From: a virus
Taxonomy: Duplodnaviria > Caudoviricetes
Virus record (IMG/VR): IMGVR_UViG_3300048574_000506
Location: 1 to 46,997 of that record
Reading direction: 5' to 3' (one strand)
DNA: 46,997 nt
Each line of letters opens with the position of its first letter. Positions within the stretch are counted from its first letter, which is position 1. The notes below the pieces were generated by a model. The model did no database searches. It saw nothing but the letters and a program-made list of their open reading frames with translations, and had not been told where the DNA came from. Below are positions 34,907-43,016 of this stretch, one piece after another. A program made the translations under genes and the position numbers.

Positions 34907-35982
34907 TTCGGCAGCCTCATGCGCTCGACGAGCTCGCGCGCCGCGTCGGTCCCGATGGGGTCGCGCTTCAACCGCTGCCATTCGGCGTCCTGTGCGGCGC
35001 GGTACGCCTCGCTCGATTCACCGACCTGCGGCTCGCGAAAGTGCGCGAGGCCGATGGCGGCGCGGCGCGCGGCGAGCTGGCGCAGCGCATCCTGCTCGCG
35101 CTTCTCGCTGGGCGTGGGCGGACGCTCCCAGGCCTGCTGCCAGAGCCGATCCGGCGCGCTGAAGAACTTCGCCGGCGTGACGACGTACTGCGGCCCGCTC
35201 ACGCCTCCGGCGGCGATGTACGCCGCGTACCGGTGCACACCCGCCAGGAGCTCGGCGGGCTCCTCGCCGGCCTCGATGAGCCGCTGCCAGTGGTGCTCGG
35301 CCGTGAGCCAGTCCTGCCGACCCGTGAACTTCGGGTAGGCCTGCTGGGCCTGTGGCCAGAGGTCTTCCCCGGTTTGCGGGTTTTCCGCCTCGCGCGCGTG
35401 CGATACACACGCTGGGAGGGAAGATGAGATTTCAGAGCCAGAAGAGGGTAATCCCTGACGCTGAGGTCTGGAGTCTGGAGTCTGGAGTCTGGAGTCTGGA
35501 GAGCTTTCGCCCAGCTTTTCGCCAGCTTTGGCCCCAGCTTCCCCCCGGCTTTCGTTCCAGCTTTCCTCCAGCTTTCCATTCTGAAAAGGGTTAGCTTTCC
35601 TCCAGCTTTCACTTTCGGAAAGGGTTAGCTTTCCTCCAGCTTTCTCCCGGCTTTCCTTTCTGGGCCGGCCGCCGAGCCTCCCCTTCTCGCTCGCGACCTC
35701 CCGCCGGGCCCCCATCTGGCCGATCTCCTCATCGCAGCGGCGGTTGTGCCGCCGACCATCGGGGCCCAGGGGGAAGAACTGCTCGACGACCGAGGCCACG
35801 GCCTCCTGCTCGTGCCGCGTCATCGCACGGCACACGCGGTACAGACCCTCGAGACTCGCCGGCAGCGGCTGCTCCAGGCTGTAGTAGTGATCGAGCAGCA
35901 CCGTGTAGGCGCCGTGCTCGGTGAGCGAGAGGTGGCCGGTGTCGCGCTGATAGTCGCCGGGAAATCGGCGGTAGTAGTTCAC
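34903..35982 (-). CDS. Replication initiator, YdaU/DUF1376 family
   Basis: Start (V)NYYRRFPGDYQRDTGHLSLTEHGAYTVLLDHYY and HNRRCDEEI; repetitive central linker; C-terminal YPK…PAKFF domain. Confidence 0.88.
   Translation of the reverse strand: MNYYRRFPGDYQRDTGHLSLTEHGAYTVLLDHYYSLEQPLPASLEGLYRVCRAMTRHEQEAVASVVEQFFPLGPDGRRHNRRCDEEIGQMGARREVASEKGRLGGRPRKESREKAGGKLTLSESESWRKANPFQNGKLEESWNESRGEAGAKAGEKLGESSPDSRLQTPDSRPQRQGLPSSGSEISSSLPACVSHAREAENPQTGEDLWPQAQQAYPKFTGRQDWLTAEHHWQRLIEAGEEPAELLAGVHRYAAYIAAGGVSGPQYVVTPAKFFSAPDRLWQQAWERPPTPSEKREQDALRQLAARRAAIGLAHFREPQVGESSEAYRAAQDAEWQRLKRDPIGTDAARELVERMRLPK
35466..35660. repeat. Putative replication origin: 5x GTCTGGA tandem repeat plus (CCA)GCTTT iterons
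   Basis: GTCTGGA x5 at 35466-35500; more than ten GCTT(T) units; AAAGGGTTAGCTTTCCTCCAGCTTTC occurs twice (~35585-35610 and ~35619-35644). All lie inside the initiator gene, as lambda ori lies inside O. Confidence 0.75.
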
Positions 35983-36075
35983 AGACGATCCTCCGGCCGC
36001 GTCGGGAGCCAGCAACCCCTCGTGCTAGGCTTCGGGCGCTTCACCACCCTTGGCTTCACACGAGAGGTGCCGAAA

Positions 36076-36366
36076 ATGGGCATGATCGAAGACGTCATGC
36101 GCGCGCTCGAGCGCATCCCCATCTGGAAGCGGATCATCTCGCTGCCCGACGAGGTCGAGATCCTCAAAGCCCGCATGGCGGAGCTCGAGGCACAGCTCGC
36201 GGGCCGCGCCCGCAAGGCCTGTCCGGTGTGCCTGGCCCGCGCGTTCGAGTGCGTGAGCAGCACCACCGATCCGATGTTCGGTCCGCTGGGCGTCATGGCG
36301 GACACCTATCGGTGCTCGGCGTGTCAGCACTCGGAGATTCGCCAGCGCGATACGATGAAGTCCTGA
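36076..36366 (+). CDS. Counter-oriented moron: coiled-coil plus zinc-ribbon protein (96 aa)
   Basis: RBS GAGG; motifs CPVC…CSAC; extended -10 TGcTAGGCT at 36023-36031. Confidence 0.65.
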   Translation: MGMIEDVMRALERIPIWKRIISLPDEVEILKARMAELEAQLAGRARKACPVCLARAFECVSSTTDPMFGPLGVMADTYRCSACQHSEIRQRDTMKS

Positions 36367-36499
36367 CTTCCAGGGCAGCGCTCAGCGCCAGGGCGATCGT
36401 CGCCAAGGCATCGCCGTCCAGGTGATCGGCCCCGAAGACAGCGAACACGGCGCCGCGGCCTGCGCCCTCCTCGATCGGCTTCAGGATGGCGCGGATCAC
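36293..36499 (-). CDS. Small hypothetical protein after the CII-like gene
   Basis: GTGA overlap with the CII-like gene; its 3' end overlaps the convergent moron. Confidence 0.35.
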   Translation of the reverse strand: MIRAILKPIEEGAGRGAVFAVFGADHLDGDALATIALALSAALEVRTSSYRAGESPSADTPSTDRCPP

Positions 36500-36897
36500 C
36501 GGCCCTTTACCCCGAGACGCTCGAGGCGCTCCGCAATCTGTGAGCTGAGGCGCACCGCTTCGATGAACTTGTTTTGTAGATCAGTGGCTTCATCGGCGGG
36601 GTCCATTGGCCTGATCTCGTAGCCGAGCTCGGCGCCAATGAACTGAGCCCACGCGTGACACCCCTGCTCCTTTGCGAGCTTCGCGATGCCGATGATTTCC
36701 TCCGCCGTGAGCTTCTCCGCCTTACCGTCATCGAGGCAGGCCTTGAGCCGCGCGTACGCGCTTTCAGGTTTCGAGGATGGCCAGAGGGTTGACGCCACGC
36801 GCTTGAACCCGCCGGCAGCGACGACGCATGCGGCGATGGCGTCGCAGGCGGTTTCGTAGAACAGCGCCTCCTGATTAGGAGCGTTTAGGACGGCCAC
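36496..36897 (-). CDS. CII-like regulatory protein
   Basis: Directly after cro; GGFKRVASTLWP…RLKACLD…KLTAEEI is a pattern typical of genes at the cII position. Confidence 0.65.
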   Translation of the reverse strand: MAVLNAPNQEALFYETACDAIAACVVAAGGFKRVASTLWPSSKPESAYARLKACLDDGKAEKLTAEEIIGIAKLAKEQGCHAWAQFIGAELGYEIRPMDPADEATDLQNKFIEAVRLSSQIAERLERLGVKGR

Positions 36898-37122
36898 TTA
36901 GACAATCTCCCGGCCATGAGCCTTCGAGCACTTCGTCATGTCGCGCGAGAGGAAATACTGGTGCAGCCGCTCGATCTGGCTGACACCCGGGTCCGAGATC
37001 TCGCGACGCGCAATCTTTGAGATGGTTCGCAACGACAGCCCGGTTTCCCTGGCAATGGTCGGGCGGCCGCCCTTCGATTCCTGCAGCCGACGCACCACGT
37101 GTTCGTACATGGACTCTGTCAT
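36898..37122 (-). CDS. Cro-like HTH repressor
   Basis: Motif IARETGLSLRTISKIARREISDPGVSQIERLHQYF; divergent from the cI-like gene. Confidence 0.85.
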   Translation of the reverse strand: MTESMYEHVVRRLQESKGGRPTIARETGLSLRTISKIARREISDPGVSQIERLHQYFLSRDMTKCSKAHGREIV

Positions 37123-37130
37123 GGCGCCGG

Positions 37131-37159
37131 ACTATAGGCCCGTATATGGGCCTTCGCAA
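37131..37159 (-). promoter_or_regulatory. pR-like promoter with operator in the spacer
   Basis: TTGCGA-N17-TATAGT on the minus strand; near-palindrome AGGCCCGTATATGGGCCT at 37136-37153. Confidence 0.8.
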
Positions 37160-37188
37160 GTCACTAACGGGCCGGCGACCACCATAGG

Positions 37189-37584
37189 ATGGCTGTGGTG
37201 ACTGGAAGAAAGAGCTCCAAGCCCGTCGACGAGAGGGCGCGAGAAATTCTCGCTGCCAATCTAGACGAGTACATGCGCGGCGGTCGGCAAGGAGCCATAA
37301 CTGCACAAGCCCTGGCCGGCGCAGTGGGAATTAGCAAATCGAGCGTACAGCGTCTTCTCGCGAAGAAGCAGGGGCTGTCGGTGGATCTGCTCGCTGCCAT
37401 TGCTCGCCACTTCAAGGTGCCAATGTGGCGTCTGCTCGTCCCCCTCGAGGATCAGGGCAAGATCATCGATGCGCGCGAGGTGGTTGAGATCGGGACGCAC
37501 CGACACGGCAGCCATCGCAAGGGTGCGGACGAAAGTTATTCCTCATCAGCCGCTCCGCCGCGGCAAAGACCTCAGCGATCGTGA
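37189..37584 (+). CDS. CI-like XRE-family repressor lacking a peptidase S24 domain
   Basis: HTH TAQALAGAVGISKSSVQRLL…SVDLLAAIARHFKVPMWRLL; only 131 aa. Confidence 0.8.
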   Translation: MAVVTGRKSSKPVDERAREILAANLDEYMRGGRQGAITAQALAGAVGISKSSVQRLLAKKQGLSVDLLAAIARHFKVPMWRLLVPLEDQGKIIDAREVVEIGTHRHGSHRKGADESYSSSAAPPRQRPQRS

Positions 37585-37632
37585 GGTCTTGCGGCTACTG
37601 ACCAATCTCAAATTAGAAAAACGGGGGGAGGA

Positions 37633-37983
37633 ATGAGCGAAAAGAAGTGCCCATTCTGCGCGGAATCCATCAACGCCGAGGCCATCAAGTGCAAGCACTG
37701 CGGGAGCGATCTCTCCCCAGGAGCGAAGAAGCCAGTGGCGATGATCAGCTGCAATCGATGCGACGTTGCGATGGTCGCCACGCAGGTGCGCAAGTTCGTC
37801 AGTCTCGGGGGCGTGGTCGGCACGCTCTTGCTGCTCTTCGGAGTCGTGCTGCTGGTCGCAAATGCGCTCGTGATCGGATTCGTGTTCATGGTGGTCGGAA
37901 TTCTGGTCGGGACCATGGGCGGTAAGAAGACCGTGATGATCTGCCCGAGCTGCGGCACACGCGGGCGCACCCTCGCCAGCTGA
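37633..37983 (+). CDS. Zinc-ribbon membrane protein in the immunity region
   Basis: KKCPFCAESI…AIKCKHCGSDL, CNRC, two TM helices and CPSCG; RBS GGAGG. Confidence 0.8.
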   Translation: MSEKKCPFCAESINAEAIKCKHCGSDLSPGAKKPVAMISCNRCDVAMVATQVRKFVSLGGVVGTLLLLFGVVLLVANALVIGFVFMVVGILVGTMGGKKTVMICPSCGTRGRTLAS

Positions 37984-38042
37984 AGCGGGTGCAGTAAAGT
38001 GACCTCGGGGAAATGAGATCAGAGGCCCATTTCCGACACGGC

Positions 38043-38084
38043 GGCCCATATACGGGTTGACAGGCCCATATACGGGCCTATAGT
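38043..38084 (+). promoter_or_regulatory. pL-like promoter with two operators
   Basis: TTGACA(38057-38062)-N16-TATAGT(38079-38084). GGCCCATATACGGG occurs at 38043-38056 and 38063-38076. 38062-38084 is the exact reverse complement of 37131-37153. Confidence 0.88.
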
Positions 38085-38105
38085 GCCACCCATCTCAATT
38101 GGGAG

Positions 38106-38288
38106 ATGGACATGGACCTCAAGCCCCCCGACGCGCCTCCGGACGCTCTCACCGTAGCTGAGGCGCTCTTCCGCGCCTGCCAGGACCTCAAGCTCGCCGA
38201 GCAGCGCGTGCGCCTGGCGCGCGTGCAGTACAGCGCCGCGATGCTCGCCTACCGCGAGCAGTTCGATCGCGAACTGGAGGCCGCGTGA
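38106..38288 (+). CDS. Small first gene of the pL operon
   Basis: 60-aa helical protein; RBS GGGAG; GTGA overlap downstream. Confidence 0.65.
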   Translation: MDMDLKPPDAPPDALTVAEALFRACQDLKLAEQRVRLARVQYSAAMLAYREQFDRELEAA

Positions 38289-38509
38289 TCTGCCCCGGCA
38301 AACTCCGGCCCTTCCTCGGCCGATGGCCCGCGGACCTCGTCTGCGACGTGCTGCGCATCGACCATGACTGGGGTCTCAGCTACGTCGACTCCGACTCGGA
38401 GATAGTCGAGCGCACGTGCGCAACCTGTGGCGATCGGCAGCACGCGATCGGTGATCGGCCGTGGCGCGACGGCCCGCTGCCGGGCAGCGATCGCAAGGTG
38501 CGGCCGTGA
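38285..38509 (+). CDS. Small hypothetical protein (CxxC)
   Basis: GTGA overlaps on both sides; RBS GGAGG. Confidence 0.55.
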   Translation: MICPGKLRPFLGRWPADLVCDVLRIDHDWGLSYVDSDSEIVERTCATCGDRQHAIGDRPWRDGPLPGSDRKVRP

Positions 38510-38817
38510 GCGCGCACGTTTTCGACCGCGCGCAGTACCTCGGCGACGCCGTCTACGCCTCGTTCGACGGCTATCAGATCTGGCTCACGACGGGCGACGG
38601 CAACGACCAGCGCATCGCGCTGGAGCCCGATGTGTTCCGCGCGCTCATCGCGTACGAGAAGCGCTTGCGCGACGAGATCAGCGCGAGGAATGCCGAGGTC
38701 GAGGTCCGCGAGACCACGCCGTACTACTGCCGTTGCTGCGGCGAGCCGACGGAGAGCGGTGAGGACTGCTGCTCCGACGACTTTGCGGAGCCCGGCGAGG
38801 CGAGGGAATCGGTATGA
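38506..38817 (+). CDS. Small phage protein (YLGDAVYASFDG motif) with C-terminal Cys cluster
   Basis: Motifs YLGDAVYASFDGYQIWLTT…IALEPDV and CRCCG…CC. Confidence 0.7.
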   Translation: MSAHVFDRAQYLGDAVYASFDGYQIWLTTGDGNDQRIALEPDVFRALIAYEKRLRDEISARNAEVEVRETTPYYCRCCGEPTESGEDCCSDDFAEPGEARESV

Positions 38818-38920
38818 CCTTCTCCACCGTGCGCCTTTCCGCCCGCTACTTCGTCACCGCCTCCCACCCGAAACCGCTGCCGGCCGTCTGCGGCATTCGC
38901 CACGTCGATCGGAGACCCTC

Positions 38921-39130
38921 GTGAAAAAGCCCCGCCTGCGCATCTTCAACTGGCGCCTCGACCGCCGCTCGCCGGCGCAGCTCGGCGCCGAGCGTGCGCT
39001 CGAGCAGGCCCGCGCGGACCGCGCGCTCGAGCTCGAGTACGAGCGGCGCGTCGCGGAGAACGTCCGCCGGCGCGAGCTCGCCCGGCGACGCGCCCCGCGC
39101 ATGCGGCTGCTGCAGCGGCAGGCCTCGTGA
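38921..39130 (+). CDS. Small Arg-rich hypothetical protein
   Basis: RBS GGAG, GTG start and GTGA overlap with recT. Confidence 0.5.
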   Translation: MKKPRLRIFNWRLDRRSPAQLGAERALEQARADRALELEYERRVAENVRRRELARRRAPRMRLLQRQAS

Positions 39131-40080
39131 ACCGCCCCGCCGACATGCAGGGCGCGGAGCGCCGGCGCGAGATCGTGCAGCAGGCGAGCGAGATTCGGCA
39201 TCAACTGCGCGAGATGCGCGAGAAACTCGTCGTCGCGCTGCCTCCCGGCGTGCCAGTCGAGCGCTTCAACGGTGTCGTCATGCTCGCGATCCAGCAGAAG
39301 CCCGACCTGCTGCTGTGCGAACGCAAGTCGCTGCTGCTCGCGGTCATGCGCTGCGCGGCCGATGGCCTGCTGCCGGACGGGCGGGACGCCACGATCGCGA
39401 TCTACAACGACAAGAAGCGCGGCGAGAAGGTCGCGCAGTTCATGCCGATGCTCTACGGGATCCTCAAGCGCGCCCGCAACTCCGGTGAGATTGCTTCGGT
39501 CTCGGCCGCGGCCGTGTACCAGAATGACACTTTCGACTACGAACTCGGGGACCAGGAATTCATCCGCCATCGGCCGATTCTGGGCGATCGCGGCCAGTTG
39601 ATCGGCGCCTACGCGATCGTGCGCACGAAGGACGGCGCGATCTACCGCGACGTTATGGACAAGCACGATATCGATCGCCGGCGCGCGGCCTCGCCGGCGC
39701 CCGACTCGCCGGCCTGGACCGACTGGTACGACGAGCAGGCCGTGAAGACGGTGCTGCGCCACTGCCTGAAGAAGGCCCCGCAATCGAGCGTGCTCGACCG
39801 GCTCCTGAACACCGAGACGATCGCCTCGCCGTCGAACCCCGCCAAGGAGCTCGCCGCCCAGCCGCTGCCGGATCCGGCCTCGCGCGAACGCACGATCTTC
39901 GATCTGAAGTGCCAGGCGCTCGAGGCGGTTCGCTCAGCCGAAACGGAAGCCGTCGTCGAGGAGTGCTTTCGCAAGGCGCGTGGGGCGTTCTCGGAGCTCG
40001 GCACGGTGTTGCCGGTCGAGATCGAAGCCGCCCGCAACGAGCGCCTCGAGGTCCTGCGCGATGCGGCCGCGGGCGCGTGA
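39127..40080 (+). CDS. recT: RecT-family single-strand annealing protein
   Basis: Motifs SLLLAVMRCAADGLLPDG, QFMPMLYGILKRARNSG and SPAWTDWYDEQAVKTVLR. Confidence 0.9.
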   Translation: MNRPADMQGAERRREIVQQASEIRHQLREMREKLVVALPPGVPVERFNGVVMLAIQQKPDLLLCERKSLLLAVMRCAADGLLPDGRDATIAIYNDKKRGEKVAQFMPMLYGILKRARNSGEIASVSAAAVYQNDTFDYELGDQEFIRHRPILGDRGQLIGAYAIVRTKDGAIYRDVMDKHDIDRRRAASPAPDSPAWTDWYDEQAVKTVLRHCLKKAPQSSVLDRLLNTETIASPSNPAKELAAQPLPDPASRERTIFDLKCQALEAVRSAETEAVVEECFRKARGAFSELGTVLPVEIEAARNERLEVLRDAAAGA

Positions 40081-40301
40081 TCCGTGGATACCTCCGCGCA
40101 CGGTTCGGGAGTTGCTCGCCGATCTGCGTGCCGGCGCGCGCTTGTGGCAATCGCCCATCCCGGCCGTGGAGTTTCGGCTGAGCTACGCCGAGTCCTGGCC
40201 GCCGGGCGATCGTGCCCGGGATGGGCGCGCCGTGCCAGCGGGCATCGTCGTCGCGGCCGAGCGAGCCGGACTCATCCGGCGCGCCTCGACGGAGCAGCCC
40301 T

Positions 40302-40550
40302 ATGAGCTCACCGAACGCGCCGGCGCTCGAGTTCAGCCTCGAGGATCAACTGAAGTGCGTCGGCCGGGAGATCGGCCAGCGCCTGAAGGTCTATCAGCGC
40401 CTGGTCGACCGCGGGCAGATGAGCCGGGCCTTCGCCCAGCGCGAGATCGACACGATGCGCGCCGTGTACGCGACGCTGAAGTCGCTCCGCCTACCAGCTC
40501 CTGCTCAACCCCAGCAAACCCTGTTCGATCCGAAGAAACCGTCCCCATGA
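40302..40550 (+). CDS. Small conserved phage protein
   Basis: Motif SLEDQLKCVGREIGQRLKVYQRLV…AQREIDTMRAVYATL; RBS GGAG; ATGA overlap with parB. Confidence 0.75.
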   Translation: MSSPNAPALEFSLEDQLKCVGREIGQRLKVYQRLVDRGQMSRAFAQREIDTMRAVYATLKSLRLPAPAQPQQTLFDPKKPSP

Positions 40551-42202
40551 CCACGCCCTCGATGGACATCCGCACGATTGCGCTCACCCAGCTCGCCCTC
40601 TCGCGCACCGGCACGCAGGAAGAGCGGCGCCGGCACTTCGACAAGGCTCAGCTCGCCGAGCTCGCGGCGAGCATCAAGGCGAAGGGGCTCCTGCAGCCGA
40701 TCGTGGCGCGGCCGCTCACGGTGGAGTCGACCATGGGTCTGAACGGTTTTCGCGTCGCCGGCAAGGATTACATGTCCCCCGATGCGGCCGAAGAGGCCGC
40801 CCGGGACCGCTTCGAGATCATCGCCGGCGAGCGCCGGTTCCTCGCTGCCAAGGCCGCGGGCCTGAAGGAGATTGCCGTCAACGTGCGCCCGCTCACCGAC
40901 GAGCAGGTGCTCGAGGTGCAGCTCATCGAGAACCTGCAGCGCGCCGACGTGCACCCGATGGCCGAGGCCGAGGGGTACGAAGCGTTGCACCGCATTGGGC
41001 ACGCGATCGAGGAGATCGCGGCGAAAGTGGGCAAGTCCAAGGCCTACGTCTACGCGCGCATGAAACTGCTGGATCTCGTGAAGGAGAGCCGCGCGGCGTT
41101 CTATGCCGGGAAACTCAACCCTTCCACTGCGCTCTATCTCGCGCGCGTGCCCGCGGGCCTGCAGCTCCAGGCGCTGAAGGCGGTGACGGACGAGAAGCGC
41201 TACGGCGGGCCGATGAGCGCGCGGGAGGTGCAGGCGTACCTGCAGCGCGAGTTCATGCTTCGCCTGGGCGATGCGCCCTTCGACACGAAGGACGCCGAGC
41301 TCGTGGAGAAAGCCGGCGCCTGCGCGGGCTGCCCGAAGCGCTCCGGCAACAACCCCGACCTCTTCGGCGACGTCTCCGGCGCAGACGTCTGCACGGATCC
41401 CGTCTGCTACCGCGGCAAGCTCGCGGCGCACCTGGTGCGCGAGATCGAGAAAGCCGAGGCGAGGGGGCTGACCGTGATCGCCGGCGCCGAGGCGAAGAAG
41501 CTCGCCCCGCACGGCGTGCGAGCCACAATCAACGGCTACGTGTCGCTCGAGAAAAAGAACTGGGACGATCCGAAGCAACGCACCTACGGCCAGATTCTGG
41601 GCAAGGGTTACGAGCCCACGATGATCGTCGATGAGCACAACGGAGAGCTCGTGCCGGTCGCGCCGCACGCGGACTTGCCGAAGGATGCGCGGCGGGGCTC
41701 GAAATCCGGCAACGACGAGCACAAGGCGCGCCAGCAGGAGGCCACGCGCAAGAACCTCGCCGAGCGAGCCTACCGCGGCGCGCTCTTCCTCAAGATTCGC
41801 GAGAAGGCCTCGAAGGAGAAGGCGCTGTCGCGCGCTGACCTCGAACTCGTCGCGATCGAGCTCCTCGAGCGCCTGAGCCACGACTGCGAGCGGCAGTGGT
41901 TCAAGGTCATGGGCTGGGAGGCGAAAACGAAAGGCGGCGTGCAGCGCTTCGAGCTGCCGCTCGACATCGGCGAGCACAGCGACGCACAACTCGCGCAGCT
42001 CATCCGCGACCTGGTGCTGGCGCCGCAATTGATGGTCTACAGCTACGGCAGCGGCGAGGGCAAGGACCTGCACGATGCGGCCGCGCACTACAAGATCGAC
42101 GCGAAGAAGCTGCGCGCCGATCTCGTCGCGGCCGAGAAGGCGAAGAAGAAGGCCGCGAAGACGTCCGGCAAGGTCCCGGCGAAGAAGGCCCGCGCCGCAT
42201 GA
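40547..42202 (+). CDS. ParB/RepB/Spo0J-family protein with Cys cluster
   Basis: Motifs ELAASIKAKGLLQPIVAR, EIIAGERRFLAA and QLIENLQRADVHPMAEA, an HTH, and CAGCPKRSG…CTDPVCY. Confidence 0.9.
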   Translation: MTTPSMDIRTIALTQLALSRTGTQEERRRHFDKAQLAELAASIKAKGLLQPIVARPLTVESTMGLNGFRVAGKDYMSPDAAEEAARDRFEIIAGERRFLAAKAAGLKEIAVNVRPLTDEQVLEVQLIENLQRADVHPMAEAEGYEALHRIGHAIEEIAAKVGKSKAYVYARMKLLDLVKESRAAFYAGKLNPSTALYLARVPAGLQLQALKAVTDEKRYGGPMSAREVQAYLQREFMLRLGDAPFDTKDAELVEKAGACAGCPKRSGNNPDLFGDVSGADVCTDPVCYRGKLAAHLVREIEKAEARGLTVIAGAEAKKLAPHGVRATINGYVSLEKKNWDDPKQRTYGQILGKGYEPTMIVDEHNGELVPVAPHADLPKDARRGSKSGNDEHKARQQEATRKNLAERAYRGALFLKIREKASKEKALSRADLELVAIELLERLSHDCERQWFKVMGWEAKTKGGVQRFELPLDIGEHSDAQLAQLIRDLVLAPQLMVYSYGSGEGKDLHDAAAHYKIDAKKLRADLVAAEKAKKKAAKTSGKVPAKKARAA

Positions 42203-42741
42203 ATCCGACTGTCTGCATGGCGCCGAGCGGCGTGGAGTTCAATCTGCTGCGGCCTGATCCCGCGACGATCCACATCGAGGACATCGCGCATCACCTCTCG
42301 CAGATCTGCCGGTTCACCGGCGGCACGCGCGTGCACTACAGCGTCGCGCAGCACTGCGTGCTCGCCTGCGAGCTGGCGCCGGCCGAGTGGAAGCTCGCGG
42401 CGCTGCTGCACGATGCCGCCGAGGCCTACATCGGCGATGTCTCGAGCCCGGTGAAGTCGCTCATCGGCACGGCGTACGCGCCGCTCGAGGAGCGGATCCT
42501 GCGGGCGGTGTTCGAGAAGTTCGGCATCTCGGCGCTCTTCGCGAAGAAGCTCCCGATGGTGGTCAAGCGCATCGACCGCCTGATGCTCGAGTGGGAGCAG
42601 CGGGATCTGCTACCGGATGTGCCCTGGTGGCCGAAGCAGGTGCACCCCGAGCTCGCGCCGATTCTGCCGTGGAACGCGCATGAGGCGCGGTTCCGATTCC
42701 TTGACTCGTTCGCGCGGCTAACCGCGGCGAAGGCGGCGTGA
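42199..42741 (+). CDS. HD-domain phosphohydrolase (YfbR/YfdR-like 5'-deoxynucleotidase)
   Basis: Motifs IEDIAHHLSQICRFTG, YSVAQHC and ALLHDAAEAYIGDVSSPVK. Confidence 0.88.
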   Translation: MNPTVCMAPSGVEFNLLRPDPATIHIEDIAHHLSQICRFTGGTRVHYSVAQHCVLACELAPAEWKLAALLHDAAEAYIGDVSSPVKSLIGTAYAPLEERILRAVFEKFGISALFAKKLPMVVKRIDRLMLEWEQRDLLPDVPWWPKQVHPELAPILPWNAHEARFRFLDSFARLTAAKAA

Positions 42742-43016
42742 TGGCTATGGGAAAGAGCTTCATGCGCATTGCCTGCCGCTGCGAAGGCAGCATGGTCAAC
42801 GCGTATTTGGCGCCACCCCACACCATGGATGGCGCGCTACTGATCGGGTCCGTTCGCAAGAACTGCCTCGATGGCGATGCCGAATTGTTCGAGGCCTTTC
42901 TGGATCTGATGCGCCGATCGATGACGGTTGCGTTGAAGGGCGCGCTCGGGGTCGAGGAAGTAGCTTGGGGTGAACCTGAGACCGCACCCGAGCACGAGCG
43001 AGGCGGGCAGGGATGA
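42738..43016 (+). CDS. Hypothetical protein
   Basis: Overlap-coupled on both sides; ends PETAPEHERGGQG. Confidence 0.65.
   Translation: MMAMGKSFMRIACRCEGSMVNAYLAPPHTMDGALLIGSVRKNCLDGDAELFEAFLDLMRRSMTVALKGALGVEEVAWGEPETAPEHERGGQG

Noticed and set aside
35466-35660. Repeat cluster as a CRISPR array
   Set aside because: The units are 7-26 bp, tandem or irregular, have no unique spacers, lie inside a coding gene, and there are no cas genes.
37131-38084. 23-bp inverted repeats as ends of an IS or invertible segment
   Set aside because: No transposase or invertase lies between them. They are fully explained as operator plus -10 boxes of divergent promoters.
42199-42741. DatZ / Z-genome base-modification pathway
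   Set aside because: No PurZ, MazZ or DNA polymerase is present. The protein fits the common prophage YfdR-like HD family.
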